Part shown: in pieces, positions 49,518-59,723 of the stretch | Layout of the letters: each line of letters begins with the position of its first letter | Position numbering within the stretch: the stretch's first letter is position 1 | Assembly (NCBI GenBank): GCA_030059675.1 | Contig: JANVYQ010000002.1 | Location: 128,001-192,000 of the forward strand | Length of the DNA stretch: 64,000 nucleotides | Source of the DNA: Candidatus Pelearchaeum maunauluense | GTDB lineage: Archaea; Thermoproteota; Nitrososphaeria_A; Caldarchaeales; Caldarchaeaceae | Direction of reading: 5' to 3' | The notes under the pieces: model-generated | Database searches by the model: none | What the model was told of the DNA's origin: nothing | Seen by the model: only the letters and a program-made list of their open reading frames with translations | Translations under genes and position numbers: made by a program

Positions 49518-49901
49518 ATTGTTATCAGGGTAGAGGCTCCAGTCTATTTAACCGAGGATGAAGAGAAGGTAGTTGAAGCAATAAAGAACATCTTTCCAAA
49601 ATTCAATATTTCCTCCACCCAATATGAAGATTTGACAATACTCCATGGAGAAGGAAGCGGCCGCGAGCTTTTGGAGAAGCTACGTATGGTTATACGGTCG
49701 CGACGGATAAGAGCAGCTGCGCGTTCCTTCATGATGCAGAGAATAGACGATGGTATTCTTGTTTTTCTCTTAAATAAGCAAGCCGCCTCTGTGGGAAAAG
49801 TATCATTCTGCGAAAACGCGCAAGAAACCCCATTAGGCGCGATTAAGGTTACTATAAAGGGCGAAGGATTACGCGACTTGGTTGAGTGGCTTACAGAATA
49901 A
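49518..49901 (+). CDS. UPF0201/DUF54 RNA-binding protein; probable ATT start
   Basis: Conserved N-terminus IRVEAPVYLTEDEEKVVEAIKNIF lies upstream of the first TTG; LNKQAA.VG, PLGAI motifs; in-frame TAA at 49500. Confidence 0.8.
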   Translation: MVIRVEAPVYLTEDEEKVVEAIKNIFPKFNISSTQYEDLTILHGEGSGRELLEKLRMVIRSRRIRAAARSFMMQRIDDGILVFLLNKQAASVGKVSFCENAQETPLGAIKVTIKGEGLRDLVEWLTE

Positions 49902-49903
49902 GA

Positions 49904-50827
49904 CTAATCTTCGGGATATGGGATGGAATAGCTCAGCAAATCCTCGGCTAGATAAGCATTAGAGAAAATGGTCCTTGCTTCTCTCACTAGTATCTCCGCA
50001 TCCTCCTCATATCGGGGGCTTATGTGATATAAGTAAAGCATTTTAACGCCTGCCCGTGCAGCGACTTCAGCTGCTTGCCGCGCAGTAGAATGCCCATCTT
50101 CAACCGCTTTTTTAACCATATCATCATTAAACGTAGAATCGTGAATAAGAACATCAGCTTCTTGAGCAGCATTAATGATAGACTCGCATGGCCGCGTATC
50201 GCCTGTATAGACTATTTTCCTACCACGCCTACGCGGACCTACGGCCTCTTCAGGAGTTATAATCCGCCCACCATAATTGATCGACTGACCGCGCTGAAGC
50301 CTACCCCATAGAGGCCCCCGCGGGATGCCAAGCTTCTCCAAATACTCGACATTCATCTTGCCAGGCCTATCCCTCTCCTGAACTACATAACAATAACTCT
50401 CGATAACATGATCCGCTGGAACGCATCTAATGCTCAAACCTCTTCTCTCGATTGTGAGGAAGGGTGAGACTGTATGGACTCTGACTGGAAATGTTAAAGC
50501 ACCTAGCCTATGCGATATTACAGTCTCTAGATATTCGGCCAATCCTCTGGGGCCGTAGATATCCACGGGCGCCTCGCGGTCTAGCATACCCATGGTGTAT
50601 AGAAGGCCGGGGAGACCTAGGACGTGGTCGCCGTGCATATGGGTTATGAAGATTGTGAAGTTTTGTTTAAAGCCTAATCTACTCTTTATGAATTGGCGTT
50701 GTGTCCCCTCTCCGCAGTCGAATAACATTACTCCACCCGCGTAGCGTATTGCGGTAGCTGGAAGGCCGCGTGAGGTTGTTGGCATACCTCCCCCTGTTCC
50801 GAGGAAGACTAAGCGCATTTCAGTCAT
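49904..50827 (-). CDS. rnz: Ribonuclease Z
   Basis: FLGTG, DCGEGTQ, THMHGDH, GP exosite, YTGDT, HST, HISPRY. Confidence 0.96.
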   Translation of the reverse strand: MTEMRLVFLGTGGGMPTTSRGLPATAIRYAGGVMLFDCGEGTQRQFIKSRLGFKQNFTIFITHMHGDHVLGLPGLLYTMGMLDREAPVDIYGPRGLAEYLETVISHRLGALTFPVRVHTVSPFLTIERRGLSIRCVPADHVIESYCYVVQERDRPGKMNVEYLEKLGIPRGPLWGRLQRGQSINYGGRIITPEEAVGPRRRGRKIVYTGDTRPCESIINAAQEADVLIHDSTFNDDMVKKAVEDGHSTARQAAEVAARAGVKMLYLYHISPRYEEDAEILVREARTIFSNAYLAEDLLSYSIPYPED

Positions 50828-51861
50828 CGCTGTAACACCACAATCTCACGTGTCAGGCTCTTATGGACATAAACGCTGTAAGATTCCAATAAATTAAATC
50901 CAGACCTATCAGCCATGTCAGCTATTCCACTACCCCGCGGGTAGGCCATGACTATCTTGCCATCTCTAGCGAGTAGATAATCAACTTCTGATAGAAAGCG
51001 ATTTATTAAATTGGTAAAAGATTTGCCTGGAATTGTGGAGGAGCGGCCATAAGGCGGGTCTGTTACTACGGCGTCAAATTCTGCTCTAAGAGGGGCTTTT
51101 CTTGCATCAGCTTGGATGATATTCTCACGACTAGGTATGTATGTGGATAGGTTAGTTAATGCGCCTCTGCATATCCATCCTTTGAGTTCAAGACCTATAG
51201 CTATATGGCCCATAAGCGCTGCCTCTATAAGTATAGAACCAGTCCCGGCAAAGGGGTCAAGTATCTTGTCATCTACACTGCCCACAGCCAGATTTACCAT
51301 ACATCTAGAGAGCTTGGGCTGCAAAGCAGATGGTATGGTGAATGGTCTTTTCCCAGCCCGCCTCTCATTAAACCCCTTTCCAACCAATACATTTTTCATC
51401 AGACCAATAACAAATGCATTAGGAGATACTATTACAGAGAAAATAAAATCGGGATTGGTAAGGTTTAGTTTTAATCCAACATTTTGAGCAAGTATGTTGG
51501 ATGCGAGACGTTTTTCAATCTCCATGGAATCAACATCCACGCCTTCAATCCTAAATACGCGACATCTAAAACTTCGTCCATAAACTCCCGATGAAACCGA
51601 ATCACCAATAACTACTTCATTAACGGCATTCTTAAACTCATTACTCCTGCCCCACGCTATAGCTATCCCAGAAAGTTTGGTGTATGCGGTCCGCTGCATT
51701 AGTTTATCTATTTTGTCTGGCGGGAGATTGGATAGCGCTATACGCTGGTCTAAAAGCGATGGCCTCTCTTTATGCGAGAGCATATTATGCAGGGCACATA
51801 ACTCACCATAAGCGAGAGTTGGGTTTTCGCCTGATAATAAGAAAAATGATGAATAGCCCAT
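50824..51861 (-). CDS. trm11: tRNA m2G10 methyltransferase (Trm11/TrmG10)
   Basis: LLSGE, THUMP-like region, RPF, MVNL, DPFAGTGS, TDPPYGRS, VHKSLTR. Confidence 0.9.
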   Translation of the reverse strand: MGYSSFFLLSGENPTLAYGELCALHNMLSHKERPSLLDQRIALSNLPPDKIDKLMQRTAYTKLSGIAIAWGRSNEFKNAVNEVVIGDSVSSGVYGRSFRCRVFRIEGVDVDSMEIEKRLASNILAQNVGLKLNLTNPDFIFSVIVSPNAFVIGLMKNVLVGKGFNERRAGKRPFTIPSALQPKLSRCMVNLAVGSVDDKILDPFAGTGSILIEAALMGHIAIGLELKGWICRGALTNLSTYIPSRENIIQADARKAPLRAEFDAVVTDPPYGRSSTIPGKSFTNLINRFLSEVDYLLARDGKIVMAYPRGSGIADMADRSGFNLLESYSVYVHKSLTREIVVLQR

Positions 51862-51873
51862 TTGGCATCTTCA

Positions 51874-52758
51874 TTATTCTCTCTTTACATGCTGGGCTAT
51901 TAGTGAAGCTATATCAACTTCCGCATATCTGTTGGGTATTGTATTTGTAGCTACTAGCTTTTCCGCTCCAGCTTCTAGAAGTCTTTTATCAGCATCACCA
52001 ACCATCAACGCATGGATGCAACTCACTACTATTCTCCCAGACCCGAGCTTCTTCAGAGTTTTTACAGTTTTAATAGCTGTCCCGCCAGTGCTTATAATAT
52101 CATCCACAAACAAAACGTCCCTATCCTTAACATCTGCCTCAATGATTACTTTTACCTCTCCAGTATGTGTATTGCGCTCGCTACGCACTGGAGCAAAGTC
52201 CGTTCCTATTTCCTTAGCAGCTATAGATGCCATAGCCTCGCCTTTTTTACCAGGCGATATTATTAATGGGTCGCTTAAGCCTAGGTTATGTGTATATTTT
52301 GCCAGCAATCCTGTGGCGTCAAGATTTGCTACAGGTATTGGGGTGTGTTGAAGTATCCAGGGAGAGTGTATATTCACTGTAATTATCTCATCTATGCCAG
52401 CGTATTTAAACATCTTTAATATCGTCTCTATACTTATGGCTTCACCTTCGAGGAATCTCTTATCCTGTCTCGCGTATGCCATGTATGGAATTATAGCTAC
52501 TATACGAGAGGCGCCCAGATTCTTCAGGTTATCCACCATGAGCAAGAGTTGCATTATATGCCTGTCCTGTGGTGGGTGAGTGCCCTGAACTATAGCTACT
52601 TCTCTTCCTTCCACGCTGCTCTCCAGCCTTAGATAAGACTCGCCATCAGGAAATAGCTTGAACTCCAGCTTTCCCAGCTCCAGCTGGGCTAGTCTGGCTA
52701 TCGCCTCCCCAAGCTCGCGTGATGCTGGGCCAGGAATCAGAAGCACGAGAAACACCAT
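51874..52758 (-). CDS. prs: Ribose-phosphate pyrophosphokinase
   Basis: FPDGE, PYMAYARQD, VDDIISTGGT. Confidence 0.95.
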   Translation of the reverse strand: MVFLVLLIPGPASRELGEAIARLAQLELGKLEFKLFPDGESYLRLESSVEGREVAIVQGTHPPQDRHIMQLLLMVDNLKNLGASRIVAIIPYMAYARQDKRFLEGEAISIETILKMFKYAGIDEIITVNIHSPWILQHTPIPVANLDATGLLAKYTHNLGLSDPLIISPGKKGEAMASIAAKEIGTDFAPVRSERNTHTGEVKVIIEADVKDRDVLFVDDIISTGGTAIKTVKTLKKLGSGRIVVSCIHALMVGDADKRLLEAGAEKLVATNTIPNRYAEVDIASLIAQHVKRE

Positions 52759-52799
52759 AATAAGTACGAAAAGCCAAAATAAAGAGTATGAAGCTAAGG

Positions 52800-53510
52800 C
52801 TATTCTAGAATTATCTCAAGCCGCCTATTTCTCTTCCCCTTATTCTCCAGCTTGGCGAGTTTTATAGAACCTACTTCACGCGTGTTTTTTACATGTGTCC
52901 CGCCGTCAAGCTGGGCGTCAAAGCCAGCGATTTCTACTATACGTAGGACTGGCTCGTTTGGTATTAGGTCTGGCCTCACTCTTATAAGCCCGCTCATGGC
53001 CAGCGCTTCTTCACGGCTTACGAAACGGTAAACCACGTCTCTACCCTCTCCAACTATCTTATTCGCAAGTTCAATTATCTCTGCCGCCTTTTCTTTGTTG
53101 AGAGATTCAAGCGATATATCCATACGTGCTCTATCTCTATATATCTGGCTACCTGTTATCTGTACATCAGAACCATAAAGATGATAAACCGCACCACTGA
53201 TTATATGGAGTGCTGTGTGATGCCGCATATGGGCGTAGCGCAGCTCCCAGTCTATAACCGCCCTAGCTATATCACCTACATCAGGTTTCTGGTCTGGAAT
53301 AATATGGATAACTTTACCAGAGTCTTTAACTACTTCAGTAACTTCATATATAGAATCACCGACGACTAGTTTCCCCCTATCACTTGGCTGCCCTCCTCCG
53401 CGTGGATAGAAAATAGTCCTATCAAGAACTACTCCAGCGTCTAAGACTTCCATCACCTTGGCGTCAGCCTCGCGTAGGTAGCTGTCTTTAAGATAGATGA
53501 GCTCAGTCAT
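52800..53510 (-). CDS. alaX: AlaX-M trans-editing deacylase
   Basis: FYPRGGGQPSD, HTALH, DGGTH. Confidence 0.93.
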   Translation of the reverse strand: MTELIYLKDSYLREADAKVMEVLDAGVVLDRTIFYPRGGGQPSDRGKLVVGDSIYEVTEVVKDSGKVIHIIPDQKPDVGDIARAVIDWELRYAHMRHHTALHIISGAVYHLYGSDVQITGSQIYRDRARMDISLESLNKEKAAEIIELANKIVGEGRDVVYRFVSREEALAMSGLIRVRPDLIPNEPVLRIVEIAGFDAQLDGGTHVKNTREVGSIKLAKLENKGKRNRRLEIILE

Positions 53511-53591
53511 ATCCTACGCACACACGCCAACTCCGCTCTACGTGTTTCCTGAGAAAGCTTATATACGTTTTGCACTACTACTTGAATAGGG

Positions 53592-53738
53592 ATGAGCGAA
53601 ACAATCCAGAGAGAGCTTGAAGAGTTGAAGCTACCGATATGCGAGTCAACGTTGATGCCAGTCTTCGACGAATATACGTACATCCACCACAACGCAATAG
53701 ATATCGGCGTCTTCAAATACATAGAGCGCGCGCCATAA
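53592..53738 (+). CDS. 48-aa hypothetical protein (not in ORF track)
   Basis: MSETIQRELEELKLPICESTLMPVFDEYTYIHHNAIDIGVFKYIERAP; CTTATATA about 26 bp upstream; 23 bp before the next ATG. Confidence 0.5.
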   Translation: MSETIQRELEELKLPICESTLMPVFDEYTYIHHNAIDIGVFKYIERAP

Positions 53739-53761
53739 CAACATAGGGGTAACTAGGCTGC

Positions 53762-54502
53762 ATGTCTTACGGCTACGACGAGTTCGAGTCAAAGGTCGGA
53801 CAGTTTATCTATACAATGGTTATGTATGAACGTCTCAAGGAATATCTCTTAGAGAGGGTTAAAGGCAGGGGTAAGGTCTCTTTAAGGATAAACTTGGGAA
53901 CAGATAAGTCTGGGAACACTGTATTCATGGATGTTATGCTTACTGCTGTGAAACCTCAGATGATAACGCCTTCAGTCGAGGAATCTAGGTGGAAGGGCCG
54001 TAAAACGCTGATTATGGTTTTAACTAATAGCGAAAATCTAAGTGGAGATTCGCGGCAGATGGCTGAAGAGATGGAGCGCCTGTTGCTGGAGAGCTTGCGG
54101 TGGTGGCATGGTTATTTTGGGGAGCGTGATAAGCTTAAGCTGGGTAGCTGGAAACCTGATGTTGTAATGATGCTTGATGCAGAGAGCGCCGAAGTGATAG
54201 CAGAAATACCAGTGGAGAGGATAGTAATTCCACCCAATAGGAGAGTAACGCTATCTCCTGAAAAACTGGAGAAGCTTTCGCAATACGTTGATTTACTCTC
54301 TCCCATAACTGTTAGAACTGCCGAATCAGGCTTCTATGAGCTTGTAACAGGCTATCCCCAGCTCGCTGTATATGTGGAGAAGCTAGGAGCAGATACCGTG
54401 AAGGCGCGCGTGCTGGATATAAGTGAAGAGGATGCTGAGAGAATATACGAGGCGTCATCCGCTACTATGAACAAGCTCGTGGAACTTCTCACATCATCTT
54501 AA
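53762..54502 (+). CDS. Unknown N-terminal domain plus degenerate ParB/Srx-like C-terminal domain
   Basis: IPVERIVIPPNRR...LLSPITVR...YELVTGYPQL...LG...VKARVLD.SEEDA. Confidence 0.65.
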   Translation: MSYGYDEFESKVGQFIYTMVMYERLKEYLLERVKGRGKVSLRINLGTDKSGNTVFMDVMLTAVKPQMITPSVEESRWKGRKTLIMVLTNSENLSGDSRQMAEEMERLLLESLRWWHGYFGERDKLKLGSWKPDVVMMLDAESAEVIAEIPVERIVIPPNRRVTLSPEKLEKLSQYVDLLSPITVRTAESGFYELVTGYPQLAVYVEKLGADTVKARVLDISEEDAERIYEASSATMNKLVELLTSS

Positions 54503-54529
54503 TAGCCATCCAACACAGCATAAACCACC

Positions 54530-55027
54530 ATGGATATAAGCAGTAAAATCAGGCGAATACAGGGACTATTCGTGGAAAAGCCAGTTAATTTCTCATGGGT
54601 AAATGATAGAATTGCGGCAAGCGGCTTGCCAGCAGGGATTAAACATCTAACATGGCTTAAAAAACAAGGAATAACGGCTATACTGACGTTGACCGAAAAA
54701 TCCCTAAATCTGGAAGATATACGTCGGCTGGATTTTGAATACCGTCATATCCCGATGCAAGACCTCAAACCTCCAACTGTTGAGAAATTAGTTGAGGCAA
54801 GCACTTTCATTCGTTTGATAACATCAAGAGGTGGCCGTGTTCTTGTTCATTGCGCCGCTGGACTTGGTAGGACAGGAACCGTTTTGGCAGCCTATTTTAT
54901 GTTGGAGAATAATCTCAACCCAGAAGATGCGATAAGGTATGTGAGGCGTATTAGGCCAGGTTCTATTGAGGCTGGTCAAGAGAAGGCTTTATGGGAGCTT
55001 GATAAGCTTAGGAGAGCTGGCTCTTAA
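54530..55027 (+). CDS. Dual-specificity protein phosphatase
   Basis: VHCAAGLGRTG; NFSWV; RPGSIE. Confidence 0.94.
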   Translation: MDISSKIRRIQGLFVEKPVNFSWVNDRIAASGLPAGIKHLTWLKKQGITAILTLTEKSLNLEDIRRLDFEYRHIPMQDLKPPTVEKLVEASTFIRLITSRGGRVLVHCAAGLGRTGTVLAAYFMLENNLNPEDAIRYVRRIRPGSIEAGQEKALWELDKLRRAGS

Positions 55028-57146
55028 TCTGGTCTGCCAGCTTCGGCCCTATAGTTGGTATGCGCGCCAGCTCCTCACGTGATGCGCGGCGTAGGTCGTC
55101 AAGTGTCTTGAAGCCGTGGTCATAGAGGTTTCTAGCCCTAACCCTGCCTATGCCGTGAAGCTTTGTTAAAAGGAGAAGTTCTTGCTTTACGCCATGCTCT
55201 AGTCTTCCTGAAAGAACCTCAAACGCCTTATGATATGGTGTGCGCTCCAAAATACGCGTAAGCTGGGAAGCAGCATAAGATATCCATGCGCATCTTTCTC
55301 TTAAAACTGCCAAATCACCAGGCTCGACTCTAAATCTCTCATACATTTCAGATTCGCTCATCTCCTCAATCCAGGCCTTCATAATATACACAAGCTTCAT
55401 AGACTCCATAAACTCCTCATAACGCTCAGGCTCATCTAGGGGGTCTGGAATGTCAATGAGATAATCCTTATTGCTCTCTATGAATGTCTCCAAAAGAGCC
55501 TCCCCAACTTTAACAGCGGAGATTTGGGGTATGTCGGGAGTTGAGCAGATTACCTGAAGAAGAGTTACGTCATTTATCCCACTAGGCTCCTGGCCTGTTA
55601 GCTCGATTATTTTGACGGCAGTAAGCGGGTCTATATAGAGCTCCGATACCCTCTTTCCTAATCTAGTCGCCACTAGCGTCTCGCCGCTATCTGCTATGAA
55701 TCCCGCCCTCGTTAAGAAATTTAGAGCTTGAATTATCCTCTCATACGCCCCATAGCTTCCGTACTGGAAGGAGAAGAGAGTTTTGGAGAAGAATCGTTTA
55801 AGTTCATCAACGCTACCAACAGCGTTTGACGCCACCAAAGCCAAGACATGAGTCCTAAGATGCCTCTCACTACCCAAGCGAGACCATATACGTTCAGGTT
55901 TCCCCAGTAGATACTTTTCGAAAATGAGACGCTTATCATCCTCTCTTCGCGCAATTGTTATCGCATATCCTACCGCGTCAAAACCAGGCCTCCCTGCCCT
56001 CCCACAAAACTGCTTATACTCTGTGACGCTTATCTGTCTCATCCCCTGCGCTATCTCATAACGCCAAAGTTCGGGTATTATCACGGTTCGTGCAGGGAGA
56101 TTAACTCCAGCCGCGAGTGTGGGTGTTGCTGCAATTATCTTCAGCTTTCTCTCGCGAAATAATTTTTCTACAACTCGTCTATGTTGGTATCCCAGACCTG
56201 CATGATGGAACGAAGCGCCGCGCGAGATTATACGTGCAAGTCGTTCGGTGAAGCTCGACTTCTCGGTTTGCTCGGTTAATTCATGGACAGCTTCTCCGAG
56301 GGCTTGTATGTCTTCTTCTGTTAAGGTGTCAAGACGACGAGCTAAAGCGTCTGCTGCCTTCTCGGCATAAGACTCAGCTCTCTTTCTAGTCATTGCAAAT
56401 ATTATGGCCTGTCCTCCATCAATCACTGTTTTCAACGCTATCGCTATGGCTGGGTCATAGTCCAGCTGCTCAATCTCCATTACACCATCATCTACGAATT
56501 CTATCTCCCCTCCGTAGAATACGCCCTCACGCAACGGGACTGGACGCCATTCCATTTCTATTAGCTCCGAGTCAAGCCATTCGGATATCTCATCAGCGTT
56601 TCGCGCTGTGGCGCTTAAGGCTAGAAACTGGGCCTGTGGGATTGCGTCTATTAATCGTGTGAGCGTCATTTCGAGTGTTGGACCTCTATCAGGCTCTCCA
56701 AGTAGGTGAATCTCATCGGCCACCACCAGTGTAAGGTTGTTAATCCATGAGGCTCTATGGCGTATGAGGCTGTCAGCCTTTTCGTTGGTTGCTATTATAA
56801 CATCATAGTTTGCCAGCCAGGGGTCTGAAGAATCATAATCGCCAGTACTGGCAGCTACGGTGAAGCCGTCTAGTTCTGTAAAGAAACGTCTAAACTCTTC
56901 AAGTTTTTCCGACGCTAGAGCACGTAGTGGTGTTAGGTAGATGCATTTACCGCCATTTCTGAGATGTTGGTACGCCGCCATCATTGCTATCAAGGTCTTA
57001 CCAGACGCGGTGGGCGTGGCCACCATAATATTTCGCCTATCAAGAAGCCCGCGCTCTAGAGCCTCTGCCTGTGGTGGATAAAGAGACGATATACCAAATG
57101 ACCTTAGCCTATCTCTAAGCTCTTCAGGCAGGCTTGCCTTCTCCAA
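55008..57146 (-). CDS. hel308: Ski2-like helicase Hel308/Hjm
   Basis: LYPPQ, PTASGKT, DEIH, LSAT, HHAGL, GRAGR, C-terminal HhH; start TTG 57146 or 57179. Confidence 0.95.
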   Translation of the reverse strand: MEKASLPEELRDRLRSFGISSLYPPQAEALERGLLDRRNIMVATPTASGKTLIAMMAAYQHLRNGGKCIYLTPLRALASEKLEEFRRFFTELDGFTVAASTGDYDSSDPWLANYDVIIATNEKADSLIRHRASWINNLTLVVADEIHLLGEPDRGPTLEMTLTRLIDAIPQAQFLALSATARNADEISEWLDSELIEMEWRPVPLREGVFYGGEIEFVDDGVMEIEQLDYDPAIAIALKTVIDGGQAIIFAMTRKRAESYAEKAADALARRLDTLTEEDIQALGEAVHELTEQTEKSSFTERLARIISRGASFHHAGLGYQHRRVVEKLFRERKLKIIAATPTLAAGVNLPARTVIIPELWRYEIAQGMRQISVTEYKQFCGRAGRPGFDAVGYAITIARREDDKRLIFEKYLLGKPERIWSRLGSERHLRTHVLALVASNAVGSVDELKRFFSKTLFSFQYGSYGAYERIIQALNFLTRAGFIADSGETLVATRLGKRVSELYIDPLTAVKIIELTGQEPSGINDVTLLQVICSTPDIPQISAVKVGEALLETFIESNKDYLIDIPDPLDEPERYEEFMESMKLVYIMKAWIEEMSESEMYERFRVEPGDLAVLRERCAWISYAASQLTRILERTPYHKAFEVLSGRLEHGVKQELLLLTKLHGIGRVRARNLYDHGFKTLDDLRRASREELARIPTIGPKLADQIKSQLS

Positions 57147-57159
57147 GCTGAGAAACGAG

Positions 57160-59181
57160 CTACGCAACCTTATACGCACCAGTTCTTGGGGTATATATGC
57201 GCCCCTCAGTTATAAGACGTGTTAGTATTCTGCTAATCTCAGCTTCGGTGAGTCCTTCTCTGAGAAGCTCGTTTCGCAGTTCTTCATCGGCAGCATATCC
57301 ATGCTCATTCTCAAATCGTTTGATAACGTCTATCACTAGCATCATCTTGTCTCGAACACTCTTGGGCTTGCCTGTCAGTATAACGTCAATATCTGGGCTT
57401 CCAGTTCCTATGTCTATCCCAACCTCAGAGAGGCTTCTCTTCATAAGAGCTATAGCTGCTTGAGCGTCTTCCTCGGTAGCTTGCTCGCGCAGAGCAGCTC
57501 GTGCTCTCGCCTCAGTCATCCTAATCAACGACTCAAACTGCCGTGCAGTAATGCTAACAGTAGAAGTCTTCTCATACATAGAGCGCATCTGAAGATAAAA
57601 CTCCTCAAGCAGCCTCATGGCGGCAGGAGTGAGAACAGGCTCTATACGCTTTGCAAACGCTATATATTTCCTTAAGACTTCAGGCGGAATTGGCGGAGAC
57701 ACTACTGGAGCGCCTATTGAATGAAGCGCCGCTATATGCGACGAGATCTTCTTATCCTGGTCTGGACTGGGCTCATCGCGGAGAACAAAAATTAGGTCAA
57801 AACGCGAAAGTATAGTTATGGGAAGATTAACATTCTCGGTGAAGTTCCTATAGGGGTCGTATCTACCAAGCGCTGGGTTAGCCGCAGCTAATACAGCTGT
57901 TCTAGCATTAAGGGTAGCTACTATACCTCCTTTAGCTATGCTGACAGTTTGTTGCTGCATTGCTTCATGTATGGCCACACGGTCTTCAGGTCTCATCTTG
58001 TCAATTTCATCTATGGCGCATATTCCCATATCTGCCAAGACCATGGCCCCTGCCTCCAGGACCATGCCTCCATTCTTCTCGCGGACAACCGCAGCTGTCA
58101 AGCCAGCGGCAGTAGAACCTCTCCCAGACGTATAGAGCCCACGCGGCGCTATTGACGCTACATACTGCAGAAGCTGGCTTTTAGCAGTACCAGGGTCTCC
58201 TACTAGGAGTATGTTCATCTCACCCCTAACACGCAGCCCATCTCGGAATGTCTTCGTCTTTCCCCCCATGAGAAGGAGGAGAATAGCATCCTTAATGTGC
58301 TCCAAACCGTATATGGAAGGAGCTATAGAGTCTCTCAGCTTAATGTGTATATTCTTGTCGCGGGCCATCTCTCTGAACATACGCTCCTCTTCAGGAGTTA
58401 TCTGAATAGCCTGCGGCTCCTTACTTGCAGCCTCTATGCTGATTGCATCAAGATATAGCTTGAAGGTTTTAAGTGGCTGGTCGCCAGTTCGCTCCTGAGC
58501 TGACTGGACAACACCCACAACTATAACCCTATCACCAGGCCTAACAACATCAACCAAATCACCGCGGGCGCGGACTTCTATTACGCGAGGAAGCTGGCCT
58601 GGAGGCAGGTCTTCTGGCTTCTCCTGAACACCAATAACCTGATAATCCTGATAATGCGACTCCTCTGGAACTAGTTCAAAACTAGGTTTTCTAGCTCTGC
58701 ATGTGGCGTTTGTGCATCTATCAGGCTGTTTTAATCTATTGGCATCTTGTTCAACTCGATAGGTAGTTCCACAATATTTGCATCTAAAAAGCCCAGTCTT
58801 AAGTATGGGTTTTACCACAGAGGCACGCGCCACCAAGCCGTCTATCATTATTAGCTTTCTGAGATGCGCTGCGCGTATTTCTCTAATAGCTGTGACGCTA
58901 GGTATGCCTACTATCCTAGCGTGAAACTCATCAATGCTCGCCGCATACTGGGGGTCTTCTATCTGAAGCTGTTTAAAACAGGCTTTATCAAGAGCTGGTA
59001 TATTACGTAATGGGTTATTTACTAGGTCGTTGGCGAATGTCTCGTCGTATGAGAGGAGGTCTGAGAACTCTACGGGTATACTCTTCTTTCCAGTCAGCGC
59101 TGCTTGCGCGAGTAGTTGTCTATACTTCTCCATCTTGAAGAATGCTACGAGTTTCTCATCAAGCGGTATAGGACGCTCCAT
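57160..59181 (-). CDS. mcm: MCM replicative helicase, no intein
   Basis: Zn finger, GDPGTAKSQ, IDEIDKM, SRFD, C-terminal winged helix. Confidence 0.98.
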   Translation of the reverse strand: MERPIPLDEKLVAFFKMEKYRQLLAQAALTGKKSIPVEFSDLLSYDETFANDLVNNPLRNIPALDKACFKQLQIEDPQYAASIDEFHARIVGIPSVTAIREIRAAHLRKLIMIDGLVARASVVKPILKTGLFRCKYCGTTYRVEQDANRLKQPDRCTNATCRARKPSFELVPEESHYQDYQVIGVQEKPEDLPPGQLPRVIEVRARGDLVDVVRPGDRVIVVGVVQSAQERTGDQPLKTFKLYLDAISIEAASKEPQAIQITPEEERMFREMARDKNIHIKLRDSIAPSIYGLEHIKDAILLLLMGGKTKTFRDGLRVRGEMNILLVGDPGTAKSQLLQYVASIAPRGLYTSGRGSTAAGLTAAVVREKNGGMVLEAGAMVLADMGICAIDEIDKMRPEDRVAIHEAMQQQTVSIAKGGIVATLNARTAVLAAANPALGRYDPYRNFTENVNLPITILSRFDLIFVLRDEPSPDQDKKISSHIAALHSIGAPVVSPPIPPEVLRKYIAFAKRIEPVLTPAAMRLLEEFYLQMRSMYEKTSTVSITARQFESLIRMTEARARAALREQATEEDAQAAIALMKRSLSEVGIDIGTGSPDIDVILTGKPKSVRDKMMLVIDVIKRFENEHGYAADEELRNELLREGLTEAEISRILTRLITEGRIYTPRTGAYKVA

Positions 59182-59195
59182 CCACGCTCACCTTC

Positions 59196-59723
59196 TCAAC
59201 CCATAACACCCCGTTCCCACTCTTCAACAAGACGTGAAACATAGTCGTAGAGAAGCTCCTCTTCAGGGGTTAGTTTCTTAACTACCTCACTCTTCATCTT
59301 CTTAACTGCAAACTGGATAATTTTAGCCATTCTAAGAGTCATAATGTCCCTCACCATATCTCTTATACGTTCATCTCCCGATATGCTGGCTGCTCGTTTA
59401 GATTCCATGTAGAAGTAGCGTGGAAGGGTCTGTAGTTCTAGTGGACTGTTCTTCTCCCGCCATTCCAACTGCATTAACTGTTGCAGTGAGGGGGGCTTAT
59501 CAGCCCATTCTGCCACATTCATCTCCACGAGACGCTGGGCTAGCCACTGCTTGACGTATATGATGCTACCCTTCTTGACGTCTTCAAAAACCTGGCCCGA
59601 GACTATTAGTTTGGGGATATCGCGTGTGATGGTTATTCTTGTTGTTGAGTTTAGGTATTCCAGCCTTAGTTCCTCAAGCCTATCCCTTAAGCCTGTTGCC
59701 AGTAGGTCTTCAGAGCGTAACAT
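59196..59723 (-). CDS. gins23: GINS subunit (Gins23/Psf2-like)
   Basis: WLA..L, LQTLPRYFY, R.AKI, LTPEE; directly upstream of mcm. Confidence 0.85.
   Translation of the reverse strand: MLRSEDLLATGLRDRLEELRLEYLNSTTRITITRDIPKLIVSGQVFEDVKKGSIIYVKQWLAQRLVEMNVAEWADKPPSLQQLMQLEWREKNSPLELQTLPRYFYMESKRAASISGDERIRDMVRDIMTLRMAKIIQFAVKKMKSEVVKKLTPEEELLYDYVSRLVEEWERGVMG

Noticed and set aside
55008-59181. Inteins in MCM or Hel308
   Set aside because: Normal lengths, contiguous motifs, no intein termini or LAGLIDADG motifs
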